Source: Eremomyces bilateralis CBS 781.70 (lineage: Eukaryota). Taken from it: DNA of 64,000 nucleotides. The position numbers and the translations under genes are program-made. Positions 12,903 to 24,640 of the stretch are shown here, piece by piece. The notes beneath the pieces are model-generated. The model ran no database searches and was not told the origin of the DNA. It saw only the letters and a program-made list of their open reading frames with translations. The stretch lies in NCBI GenBank assembly GCA_010015585.1, contig ML975160.1; one strand, 5' to 3'. Numbering within the stretch: the first letter of the stretch is position 1; every line of letters starts with the position of its first letter.

Positions 12903-15211
12903 ATGGCGGGTGAACCGATATCAGTCGCTCCATCAACAGGCATGCCAAGCCAAGGAGCTCCTGAATGTGATGACCTTGGCCTGGCGTACATGCCGGAGGT
13001 TTGTTAAACTAGACATCAAAAGAAAGACGCTCAATTGACAGATGCTTAATATTAGCCCCTTCGCTATACTCGCTTTGAAGCTGCGTCGGAGCAAAGCTCT
13101 GTACGGTTTTCACCTTCGGATTCGGAATCGACTTCACAAACGCACACACCGGCACCTCCAGAATCACCCACTGGTGGGGTGGTTGACGGGACACCACTTC
13201 CTTATCCCCTACAATCCGAAGATCAGATTCAGCATATATATCCAAACATAACGGGAAGCTCTACTCACCCTAGTACCTCATCCTTCCAAAGCTGCATCAC
13301 GCAAGAGGAAGCGAGGCTAAGATGGAATTCCGAAGAAGAACTTCAACGCGTCTCGAAGGATATTCTGCGACTGCAAAAGTACGCGCTGATGATAGGCCTT
13401 TTAGGGGTCAACGGCGCCTTGATTTATATTGCTTGGAAGTACAAGCAATCCCATTACATCTTCCTGGTTCTCCTCGCGATGAATACATTTCTCCAGGCGG
13501 TCATGATCATGTGTTTGATCATCCACTACATCTTCACGAGGCTCCTCTGCTGCTGCCTGAGACGGAAAGAGAAGATCCCCGATCGGCCGGAACGCATTTG
13601 TATGGTGATTCCGTGCTATAATGAGACGAGACATGAGCTGGAGAGGTCCCTCGATTCTCTTGTCAGACAACAGGACCTGGATGGCCATGCACGGATGGCA
13701 CTGATTATCGTGGACGGAAATGTGAAGGGCAAGGGAATGGAAAAGACAACGCAAGAACATCTCCTGGATGACATATTGCTGAAAAGTAATCGGACGTACT
13801 TCCGCAATGGATATCGAGCACGAGATGGTCTCTTCATGGCATGTACCGTCCAAGACGGCTACTACAAAGGATTACCATATATCCTTATAGGAAAGAGATA
13901 CAACCAAGGGAAACGAGACTCACTATGTTTCATACGCTCCTTTTTGTACCATTTCTGCAACCGCTCCCAAGGAATCGAAACGATCTTCAATCCGAAGCTG
14001 TTCGATCACCTCGCAAATCTCCTCATCATCCATGGCTTGAACGAGGTCGACTACCTAGTCGGGATCGATGCGGATACCGTCCTTGCGGACGATTGCGTTT
14101 CAGAGATGGTGAAGGTTATAAGGACGGATCCAAAGCTTGTTGGCGTTTGCGGTCACGTCTGTGTTGACTTCGGAAACAGGCCATTCGGTTTCTGGGAGCT
14201 GTATCAGTAAGTGAGCTTTCCAGGTGCTGTTCGGAAGTGTTTGACTCACAGGATCCTTAATGCAGATACGTAGAGTACTCGCTCACCCAAGGCCTAAGGA
14301 GGATGTTCCAATCAAGGATAACAGGAAGAGTCAATTGCTTGCCAGGTACCTCAAACTACGACGTCGTTGGTCTATTGTATCTCCGCTAACTAACTTGAAG
14401 GTTGCTGTCAGCTCCTTCGTGTTGACCAGGCTACGTTCGGTGATAAGGTCCTTCGGGAAAAGTTTGGATACGTCCCGAAGCCCAACGATGGCATGACCAA
14501 GCATATCATGGGCAACTATTCAGAAGACTCGATACATGCATCGGTGATATTCTCTTGTTTTCCAAGCAAACGAACAGCCCAAGCACTCAAAGCGAAAGCC
14601 TATACGGTAGTCCCCGATAACTGGCGTGTCTTCCTCTCGCAACGGAAGCGCTGGAGTTTGGGATCGATTAGCAACGAGTTCGTCATGGCATGGCGTCCAG
14701 GTATCCTCCTAATTGAGCGGATCTGTTCCATCATCACATGCATAACCTGGTGAGTGTCTCCCATACCGTACTGGACAAGCTCGGTTCGCGGGCTTTCGCT
14801 GATGATGCTTCGAGGTTCATAATGCCGTTCATAATTGCTGCCTTTGCCGAACTGATATGGCTTCTCGTCCGGAAGGGCCCGAAGATCATCGATGATCATG
14901 TTTTCATCGGACTCTTAAGCGTGCTTGTGGTTCGATATATTTACTCGTTCTTAATCCTGGTCAGTCAAGTGGAAATTCCGAAAATCGTGACCTTGATTTC
15001 TGATCCTCGTTCACAGGCCTGGCTGCCATCCGGCTTCTTCGAACGGCTTCAGTTCTTCGTTGGGTTCTTCATACATCTCTTAGCTTCGCCTTTCATGAAC
15101 ATTATTATCATCGTTTATTCTCTCTTCTATAGCGACGATTTTAAATGGGGCAAAACAAGAGAAGTCGTTGAAGAGGAGGACACGATGGAGGAGAAGCGCC
15201 CAATGGTATAA
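12903..15211 (+). CDS. Divergent chitin-synthase-like GT2 glycosyltransferase, multi-exon
   Basis: Motifs IPCYNE, IIVDG, GKRDS, GIDADT, VNCLPG-C, SED (catalytic ED) and QRKRW. TM segments at both ends. Several short GT-AG introns. No myosin or cytochrome b5 domain. Confidence 0.87.
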
Positions 15212-15292
15212 ATCTCAAAAAGAAAAACTTTGTGTATCAATCCGAGAGTGAGCGAAAGGATAATCTGCATATGACATTGTAAAAAGATCAAG

Positions 15293-15373
15293 TCCTTGTT
15301 GGTGTAGTGGTAACATCTGAGCTTGTCATATGACAAGTCGCTCGAGCCCGGGGTTCAATTCCCCGACGAGGAG
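15293..15373 (+). tRNA. tRNA-Asp(GTC) with 10-nt intron
   Basis: Acceptor stem TCCTTGT/ACGAGGA plus discriminator G. D-loop TAGTGGTA. Anticodon arm TGAGC-TT-GTC-A[intron 15329-15338]C-GCTCG. T-arm CGGGG-TTCAATT-CCCCG. Confidence 0.95.
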
Positions 15374-15374
15374 G

Positions 15375-15382
15375 TTTTTTTT
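15375..15382 (+). terminator. RNA polymerase III oligo-T terminator of tRNA-Asp
   Basis: T8 run immediately after the tRNA 3' end. Confidence 0.8.
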
Positions 15383-18300
15383 CATCTTTTTCTTTTTGAC
15401 CGATATCAGTCGACATTAGAACTAAACCAGTCGGTATTGAGCAGTCTATGGGCCGTGGGGTAACTAACGTCTATACAGAATTTCTACCGGAGCAATACCA
15501 GTTACTACATAAGGAGGGAGATAGATGTGAAAGAGTAATAGAATAATGCTGTCTCAACTCCCACAGGGTTACCCAGGAATTAGCATACACATGATTTTTT
15601 AAAGCGATTATTCATATGGCTTGTCTGGTCGTGTATCCTAGTCCCTAGGGAATGCCACCCACCACCAGGTCCTGGGCGCCCGCCCCGACGGCCCTTACGT
15701 TTGGATACCGGCCACCGGGGCAAGTCGCCTAGGACAGGGTCTAACCGCCTGCAATGGGGCATGAGCGCCCCTAGTAGTAGCAGATATTTACAACACCTGC
15801 CTAACGTGGACAAGCTGAAGACCCAAAAGCTCCTCCCTTCTCTTATCTCTACAGCTGCTTTTTCAACATTGATTTTGGAGAAGTCATGAGTCGAAATAAT
15901 AGCAGTGGTATATGGGCGTTTGGCAAATGTTCTGTGTAGGAATAGAGACACCCAGCATGAGTAGCGATGAGCAGAGTTGACATTATGACACCCCGTAATA
16001 GCATTGACAGATCACCTCACTAAATACACACCCCGCTCAAACTTCTCGAAAATTCGAAATTCGAAACCACCAATTCCCTTCGGCAAGGGCAACGCGCCTT
16101 TGCTCCACCCGGCCGGTTGCTAGTAACAACATGAAAATGAAATCCCCACGCATGTGAGAAGCCACCGTCAAACCCAATCCAACATGCCAAAACACCAGTA
16201 GATTGTTTCCCAGGCCTTCAGAGTAAACATTCTCACGATGATTTACCTGTTTCATACGCAATCTGCTTCCATCCAGCAACCTTGGCTTCACAATAGTAAT
16301 TTGTTGTAGGCGTCCCTTTATGGCATTTCTCTTCCCTAAATCGTTGCTGAGAACCTTTCTATGGTTGTGCGCGCTTGGATTGACATTTCTCAATCATTCC
16401 ACACTGATTGGGGCCTTAATTAAGATCCGGATGGGCTTAATAGCATTGGAATGGAGTGTGTAGGTAGTAACCCAACACCCATTCATAGCCATCTAGAGTT
16501 CTCTCGGCTTGCATGTCATTGACGTTGGACCAAATTTAAGGATGGAAACATCTGCTGACATGAAATTCGATGGATTTCTGTCATGACTTACCAACAAGCG
16601 ATTCCCCAGTGGCTAGGATGGCAGTAGAATGGCTTTTGAATCAAGGTGGTCTGTTTGCTCTGCGGCTAATCTTCATAAGGCTCTAATGAAATCTGATCAG
16701 CAGGGCGCAAGATATGGATTCTTTTACCGTTAAGTAGCCAGGTCCTTGCTTCAACGGTCAGATTTTCCTTGAACAGTCTTCTAACGGTTTTTGAACGGTT
16801 GATTAACTGTTCATAGACGGTCTTGCTGTTTTCGACGCTTGTTGAAGGAAGGAACGACTGCATAACGAGTGCAAGAAATGGGGCCTGCGCCCTGCTGATG
16901 TAATGAAATATATATTTAAGGCATTACGGCATAAACATTTATTTGATTACTAATCTGGTCGTTCATATCGTCATGTTTCTATGCTCCCCTTCTCTCACCT
17001 TCTCCCACCGCCGCTATGGTGCCCATCTATCTGGTTATGGAACTAGGTCTTCAATTTTTTTTTGTTGTTGCGGACGAGTCTGGTGTTAAACTGTCAATTA
17101 TGGAGGACACCGAATATCGATTTGTTGAACTAGAGTCAACTGAAGAGGTAGGAACACTTGGTAGGGTTTGAGATACGTGAACCCACGGTGTCATGATGGG
17201 GAGAAGGTCGACGACGGTCTCTTATTGTTATTGCTGTCGCCAATAATAATCCGGACACAATGCCTCTTTGTCAACCGCAATCAAACTGACGAACTACCAG
17301 ACCGCGACCCGTTCACGTCCATGATGCTCAGCTACACCAATATCCAAACCATGGCATATCGGTGCGGCGACAGCAGGAGTTGATCCGAACTGTATGGTTT
17401 GGCGTAAGTTTCAGGACAAGGACAAGCGATTGCCCCTCAATGCTACCGTCCATCAGGTATAAAAGATGGCCCATCAACATCAGCGACCTTGAGGACCGAG
17501 TCATATATCAGCAATTATTATTTCATCTGATAAACTGGATGGCTGTTCGAGGTCTACAGTGCCCAGCTGTTTCGCTGCGGTTTCTGAGCAGATTTCATGG
17601 GAGGCATAGACAAGGCGGTCGCTATTACATCCCAACAACTTTTCGGATTTTCGATCCGGGATTCGTAGAGAGGTGTCTATCTTAATAGATATCTGTTATG
17701 GACATGGTTGCTCTTGCACTGTTGCACATCTGTATGGACTGCGGCCATTGGGCATTGAGAGATGTCGTTAATCTTAGATCACGATCCCCTCAGGGATCTC
17801 GATATGCCTGGGCGCCGGGCGGGCGTGGCTTCATTTGAGGGAAATCTAATTTAGATGTCGACCACAACTATCTTCGAGCGAAACGAAATCTCACAACTCA
17901 GAGGTCGGTTTACTTTCAAATCCTCGCTCTGATCTCGTGATGAGCTGCGAGGATCGAGATCCTGTGTGTCGTACCCATCACGATATTCTTCTATTAATCC
18001 ATCAACAGCAATCTCTCGGCGCCTTTTCATATCGCGATATATGATAGATCCGATGGGTCGCTTGATCTTTCTTTTCAGGCTCCTCTTACGGTCTTACCCC
18101 TCCTACTAGCGCCAAGGGTACGACTTTCCGATCCGAACGCGATGGAGATTGGTCAATCCCGGTCCCATAAATTAGAGGTTCATATAAAGGGTTGTATCTC
18201 AATCAATTTTCTTCGTCCATGGGACACAACTTCGCAGGCTCTTTGACTAACCTCATTTTCAATGGTAGCTCACGACTCGTCCTTTTCATGAAAGCAATGT

Positions 18301-18450
18301 CAGGCCAAATTGGGCGCAAAACTCGGCACGCATGGTGCCTTATGAATTCGAGACGTTTATAGTTCTTCCTTGTCTCGTTATCAGCACGCGTTTCTTTGGA
18401 ATTGCTCTTCAAGCTTGTCTTCTGTCCGTCGTTACAGAGTCACTGAAACC

Positions 18451-20096
18451 ATGCGTTCGTTCAACTCTTCTCCAGCTGGAGCTTTGCTTTCATTGTCGCT
18501 CTCTCAGATCTTTTCTATTGCGCTTGCTCAATCTTCACCCCCTGTAGTTGAGCCAGTAGTAACCCCGACGGCAGCTCCAGTTCCTAGCTCAACCACAACC
18601 TCTGAATGGGTAGACACGCTCACAGCTCCTCCGGCCTTTCCCTCGTTTCCCACATTTGAATCCCAAGGTGGTGGCGGGTTAGGCGACTTTGCCGGCGAGA
18701 GGGGTGGCCTTGGCGGTGCTATCCTTCCAATCCCGTACGGCGAACCCGCCAATATCTCTACAATCACCGGCCAAGGTTGGTTGCGGTTTCTAAGGGTGAT
18801 AGCTCGAAGCTTGCTGATATGAGGAAGGAAATCCGTCCATATACGTTTGTTATAACTCGCATCTAGGTAAGACGGACATGGCCAACAGTAAATAGTTCAA
18901 CTCCAGTAGAACACTCACGTTGCTTAGCATACACGTCCAGCCGCCAGTCGTACATTTCGAACAAAATCCCTCTCAAATATAACACTACGACTATTCCGTA
19001 TTCTACGTGGGTAACAGCATTTCAAAATACCTCAGTCATCCCAACCACTCTCTGCGATGGCTATCCACGATTCCTGGACGAGACTGTCACGCCCGTCACT
19101 CTGACCTTTTCGGACAATGTGATGCGTGAGATCACTCAAACCGAGCCGGGGCCACTCCCGACGTGCACCATTGAAGAAACCTCTTGTACCTGGGCAATTG
19201 CCGCTTACGCGACAGCAACGTATTCATATCTGTCCAGCGTCTATAGCACGCACTTTGCCCAGACCGCAACCGGTCTTCCCAAGCAAATCGCCTTCAACTA
19301 TGTCCGGCCGCCGTGTTATACCGATCCGTCTTGTCCTGCGCCGTCCGCAAAGGCACACTGCAGTGCGGATTCGGAAGAGGGTACTGTTCTCTACTGGCCC
19401 GTGACAACTGGGGGAAATTTCTGCAACGGAAGCTCCATCGTGCCTGGCACGCCAACCGTGGCCGGTGCGCCAAACACCGCCGTCTTCCGCGGAGCCACTG
19501 TTACTTCGCCCACCGCGCTGGTTATTCTGCGGAAGGCAACCCTTTCTGCCGCATCGACGACCACCCGGCCAAATCAAGGATTGAACTGGCAACCGTGCGG
19601 TCATCCTGCCGATGTGACATTGTCTCTCGCCCCGGAAGAGCTCTCGACCTTCCGAACCGAGTACAGCGTCTCCTTCACAGATGAGGATTACACTTACTGG
19701 GAGACGTCTACCGTACTTGCACCGCTGCAGTTCCAGGACCTGAATCGTGGCGCCGTGCCATACAACGAGTACGCCAATGTACGGGGATGCAATATCAACG
19801 AGACACGATCCGACTACAGGCGATGCCCGAGCTCAATTTTGCCGGACTACACCCCATCATTGGTCTACCCGAAGCAGGCTATTGCTCAGGTCACTGACGC
19901 GAGCTTTGCGAACTTCTCGTGCTCAACCGGCAAAGTCAGGAAGAAACCCACATTCGTTCCAATCACTGCAGCAGCAATGGAAATGCCATCGGCGACGCAT
20001 TACGGGGCAGAGGTATCCGTGGGCCCAAGAACTAGCACGTTGAAACAAGAAGAGGTCGAGGAGGTGATGACTTTCGATGAGGCTAGAGTCTTCTAA
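18451..20096 (+). CDS. Secreted Ser/Thr/Pro- and Cys-rich protein of unknown function, multi-exon
   Basis: Signal peptide MRSFNSSPAGALLSLSLSQIFSIALA and Pro/Thr-rich linker. GT-AG introns around 18776-18930 (approximate). Long last exon with Cys pairs and a VLYWP motif. Confidence 0.65.
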
Positions 20097-20899
20097 CCAA
20101 ACATGAGATAGTCTTCTTATCGTATAAAGTTTTAGTCCAAGTTGGCTTCCATACTCCGTGATAGAGTGAACCGTTCACATCTAAATATCTAGATTTTCTA
20201 CCCAGCACTAGGGTTCTGAGACGGCTGAATCTTCTGAAGGAAACGAAAAAGGGGATAAGACGAGAATAATAGCAAATAGCCACTGTTTTGTGTAACTGGC
20301 AGCCTAGGATTTGACGATATCCCAGTTGGGCCCGTATAGGGAATCCAATTTGGCGAACAAATCGTGGGAGGTGGTACACTGCCGTGGGTGTCTTAAGAGG
20401 TGGTCCGGGGTCCATCCTCAAGCGCATATGGGCAACTAACACCTCGTCGTCTGCAGGCCTTTCAACTCCTTTGATCTCTTCAAGCGGGTTTTCGATAAAG
20501 GTGTGTAGTTTTACAATGACTAATTCTGTGGCCACGTAAGTTTTCCAGGACTCGAAGTTGTCTCGGTCTTGTAAGTGAGGGATCGAAGGGATCTCTCAGT
20601 CGGTCTTCCCCTTCTTCGACCTCAGACCTGTCAAGCCTACGCACTGTCGAGAGAAATTGAGAAGTTTGTATATGCTCCACCCTCTAAATGGGTATCTCCT
20701 GTCGAATCACTGTCAAGAATTCATTTCACAATCTTACCACAAACCTCTTCGCAAGCGCTCGAATTCCTCTCCTTGCATCCCCCCCAAGTACCTTTTGGGG
20801 TGCTTCTACTTCCACTGTCCGGTTTGAGCTCTCTGCAACGTCTCCTAGCAAGGATTAGTCGATATCATAGAGGTAGACTATCAGATGATACCTTCCAAA

Positions 20900-23337
20900 G
20901 GACCAAGTGATGACAATTCGTGCCCGATCCTTCGGCATTGATGACAAGACGGCCCAAGAAGAGCTTGGAAGCCCGTAAAAGCGCGCTTGTACATCGTTTC
21001 CGCCATAGATATCTTCGCTTAGGCAGCAAACAAGTCTCCGAGATTCCACAGAGTGTTAAGCGCTGGACTGTATCTCGCAACGACCTCTGTTCCCATCGCC
21101 TCTTCGTATCCATGCAGCGTTTGCATGTACATATTCTCTGCCTTACCCTGACTACCTTGGTTTGCGTAGAGCAGGCCCAGGTTGTTGATCGTACCGAGCG
21201 TCGAGATGTGCTTCGGTCCAAGTGCCTCCTCCTTTCCTTGCAACGCTCGCATGTACATCTTCTCAGCCTCACCCAGCTTGCCTTGCTTGGCATAGAGGTT
21301 GTCTAGGTTGTTGACCGTGTCAAGCGTCGATGTGTGCTTTGGCCCAAGTGCCTCCTCAGTTCCGTGCAGCGCTCGCATGTACATCTCTTCTACCTCCTTC
21401 AGTTTCCCTTGGTCGGCGTAGAGCAGGCCCAGGTTGTGAACTGCCCATTCAATACCATTCTGTGAAATGCCGCATTTTGATATCATAGATAAACACCTTG
21501 CTACATGCTGGAGGAGTCGTTGCCGTATAACCCACCATTCTTTTATATTATTTCCGGGAACGTGTAACCCGATAAACTTTAGAGTTAGCCTCACAATGTC
21601 ATTATTCCACTCTGGATTTAGAACATGCATCGTCCATGAGTGTACACAGCTATGCATTCTGTACCCTCCTGACTCCACTGAATCCCGTGAGAACGAGTTT
21701 GCTTCCACCAGTCCGTGGTTACACAACACTCGAACCGCTGCAACGAAGTTTTTTTGGTCTTCTGTGAGTTTTCGGATCCATTCTGGATCACTTGAATCGT
21801 TATGACAGGGAAGCTCGAACCAGAGGTCCTGGTTGTCAAAATAAGCCCACAACTGAAGGAACTGAGCCGAAAGTCGGTTCTGTTGTTCCACATGCTTGTA
21901 CGAGATGTTCCATGTGGTGTAGAGCGTTCGATCTTCGTACGAGTTCAGCTCAGGACTTTTCTCTTTCAGTTTCAACCATGATTCTTTATATTGATGAAGG
22001 TACTCAGCCAAACCGGTCGATACTTGATCAAGATATGCTCCGGCGGTCGCAAGTGCAAGAGGGAGCCCGTCTTATTCATTGACGAGCTTGATAGCATCGG
22101 GATCTGTCATCCTAGTTAGTATCCTCTCTATAGGGTCAAAATAATCCTCACCATTGTTCAATCCTTCGCGTCTTGACACGTTCGACAGGATCTTAAGGCA
22201 ATCCTGCACATTCTCCAGCTTTTGGACTGGAATGCCATGGCCGATTTTGACCTGCGACGACCGCGTGGTGATGATGATTGATCCTTGATAAGATTCCAGC
22301 AGGTACTTCTTAATGTCCAATGCCGTCGGATCCGTGTTACCTGGTACCTTGGAATTGTCGTAGTTTTCGTATATGGCCAGCCATCTTACGTTATTTCGGA
22401 GACTCAGCCACTCTTTGACGGCTTCTACCACTTCATCCAAGCTTCCATTCAAATCCACGGCGTTAAGACACTGGGCAGACGGATGCTCTTGGCGTATTCT
22501 CCGGGCAGCGTTCGCAAAGCTTTGCTTCAGAGAGACTTCATCTTTGATATTCAGCCACAAGATCGCTGAGTATCTATCTCTATATCGCTTCGCGTATGCA
22601 ACTGCCAATTGAGTTTTACCAATTCCCCCAAGGCCATGAAGAATAGCAACGCAACGGCTGCCATCGCCTCTGAGCGCCTTGTGTATTTCCATGAGCTCTC
22701 TTTCTCTTGCAACGAAGTGCTCGGTTTCAGCAACATCGGAAAGACTGAAAGGTATCGCGAAGTCTTCGAAGTGACGACCTATACCGGTCAGTACCCCCCC
22801 CACGGTTTCATAATGGAGAACGCCTTACGATTCGATGTATTTTCGATCTCAGCATGAAGCCGTCGAAACACATTATCTCTCCCCTCACCATAGATCGGTG
22901 AAATACTCACGCCAAAAATTCCCAACAACGAATAGACTTTGTCTTCCTCTTTGGTAGTCTCACGGTCCTCGGTCCACGATATTCGTTCCGTGACGCCGAA
23001 TTGAGAGAGGAGCTTTCTTCGAAGTGCCTCGACTGGGATTTCTACAACCTCGCGAATTTGTCGCTCTAGAGATTTCTTGCTCCCAAGCTTCCTACAATCG
23101 TTGGAGAAAAACTCCACCGATTCTGGGGCGATCAGCTCTTGCAGAGTCTAGCCTCGAGTGAACCATCGACTTTTTCGAAACTCGACTTTCCAATATTGGA
23201 AATGCGAGTTGTTAGGGTCCAAAATCGGTCCTGCGACATCCGAGAGGTAGACATAGCATCGTTCTGCATCGCGATACCACCGAAACATGGAGTTGATGGC
23301 TTCTGAGAGCTCGACAAGATTGGTCTTATCGATGCAG
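20900..23337 (-). pseudogene. HET-NB-ARC-TPR NLR, 3' portion, disrupted
   Basis: HET core CIDKTNLVELSEAINSMFRWYRDAERCYVYLSDV and SRWFTRG*TLQELIAP (TGG to TAG at 23148-23150). P-loop HGLGGIGKT, IIITTR, and NE*DGLPLAL (stop at 22072-22074). TPRs of the form NLGLLYADQGKL...ALGPKHTSTL. The 3' end is approximate. Confidence 0.92.
21130..21440 (-). repeat. Tandem 126-bp (42-aa) TPR-coding repeats
   Basis: CCAAGTGCCTCCTC and GCTCGCATGTACATCT recur at 126-nt spacing. Confidence 0.8.
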
Positions 23338-23658
23338 ATGGGATCAATCTAGGCGAACATACCCAGTACGTTCTCCTAATGGGTTAATCCCTGGGACCCC
23401 CTCACCAACCGAGCTCCATTCCCTTTGCGCAATACTACGATTTGCCGCCAGACAAAAGTAGAAGAATAATAATAAAAGCATAGCCATTTCTCAGGGCATT
23501 CCGTATGGATATATATAAGACTAGTTATAACTTGTGGTCGAGTCAATCTGGCCGTCGTCCCAAACAGGCCTCTGGCCTAAATGGGCTCCGCTCTCCATAC
23601 TGACCGAGCCCAATCAGGCTCCTTAACCCAAATAGCCATTTATCGCAGTCCAGTATCC
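23338..23658 (+). repeat. Conserved element left end, copy 1
   Basis: Closely similar to 36460-36791 and 57150-57430, e.g. CAATCTGGCCGTCGTCCCAAACAGGCCTCTGGCCTAAATGGGC is in all three copies. Confidence 0.95.
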
Positions 23659-23714
23659 GTGCCCCATGACCGCCCCTCCCTTGCGCTTTTGCGGTTTACC
23701 AACTAATTAATACC

Positions 23715-23915
23715 ACATCGCCGAGTCCTATTACATATCTACCTCCTCACTTGGAACGCCTTCTCCGATGCCTGCTATCAAACCAAACCGGATTGACGTG
23801 AATGCTGACTTCACCCGGATGGCGACTATCGCCGCTGAGCTGGTCTCAGTAAGGTTCTCAGATAGACAGGCGATGACGACATTATGTTGGTTGACTTGTC
23901 TGAGCGCGTAAATAT
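23715..23915 (-). pseudogene. PNP_UDP (nucleoside phosphorylase) NLR effector-domain fragment
   Basis: NIYAL-QVNQHNVVIACL...SAAIVA...FTSIRFGLIAGIGEGVPS matches the usual HNVVIACLP...FPSIRFGLMVGIGGGVP pattern, but is degenerate and truncated. Confidence 0.75.
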
Positions 23916-24414
23916 TTGGGATTGAATGGGCTGCGAGAAAGCCTGGGATATCTTGCGGCTTCCACACATCTAACTTAGAATAGCTGGCTTGGGAAAACAG
24001 GAGGGTCGAACGGTATGGACTTTACAACGAATGATACGTATTGCATTACCATGCTTAAGTTGTGTGTTGACTTTGCTCTTTGAATTGCTGCGTCAAGAAA
24101 TTCAGAATAGAGAAACACTGAAGAGAAAAGCTGAAGAAGGTGACGATTCATCACGTGCCATCTCCTGGCTGAGATTGGCAGATAACCTGGCCTTGCGGAC
24201 TGCATTTGGCGCCGATAATGGTCTGTCCTTAAACCTCAGTCAATCTCTCAAGACACACAGCTCGTAGCCATGATTTTGTTGTGATACGTGGCCTATCTGC
24301 CTATCTTCCTAGCGATGTGCCCTTCCCCAGATCACCAGTCGGTCAGGTTCACCAATGAAGGAGGAGTAGGTGGAGTCCAGGCTAGTCAGAACAACGTGTA
24401 TTGTGGGCTTTCCG

Positions 24415-24615
24415 GTACCATACCTGCCCAGCCACTTAGCCAGAAGATATGCCGCTTGTCTTCTCCATCGACCCATTTCCTGATATCGTTAAGGACGTTG
24501 ACTCGAGTGCCAGGGATGCAGAGAGGGTCATCTCCTTTCTCCGATGCGTTGAATGTAGCGTTGGGCGCGTAAGGGAGGGAGTTTCGCGGATTGCGATCGT
24601 GTGCAGTCCCGCTAT
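24415..24615 (-). pseudogene. NACHT N-terminal fragment, HET-E-like NLR
   Basis: LPYAPNATFNA...PLCIPGTRVNVLNDIRKWV...IFWLSGWAG breaks off just before the Walker A GKS. Preceded by a CTAAC...TAG intron end. Confidence 0.75.
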
Positions 24616-24640
24616 AGACAATCACGCCGTGTTAGTAAGC

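Noticed and set aside
6740..15577. GGGTTACC(T/C)AGG near both sides of the polysaccharide cluster as direct repeats
   Set aside because: The match is short, a similar motif occurs at about 2470, and there is no other sign of an insertion.
15590..17700. Possible TE or gene remnants downstream of the tRNA
   Set aside because: There are GC-rich patches and short ORFs, but no motif, terminal repeat or TSD that I can support.
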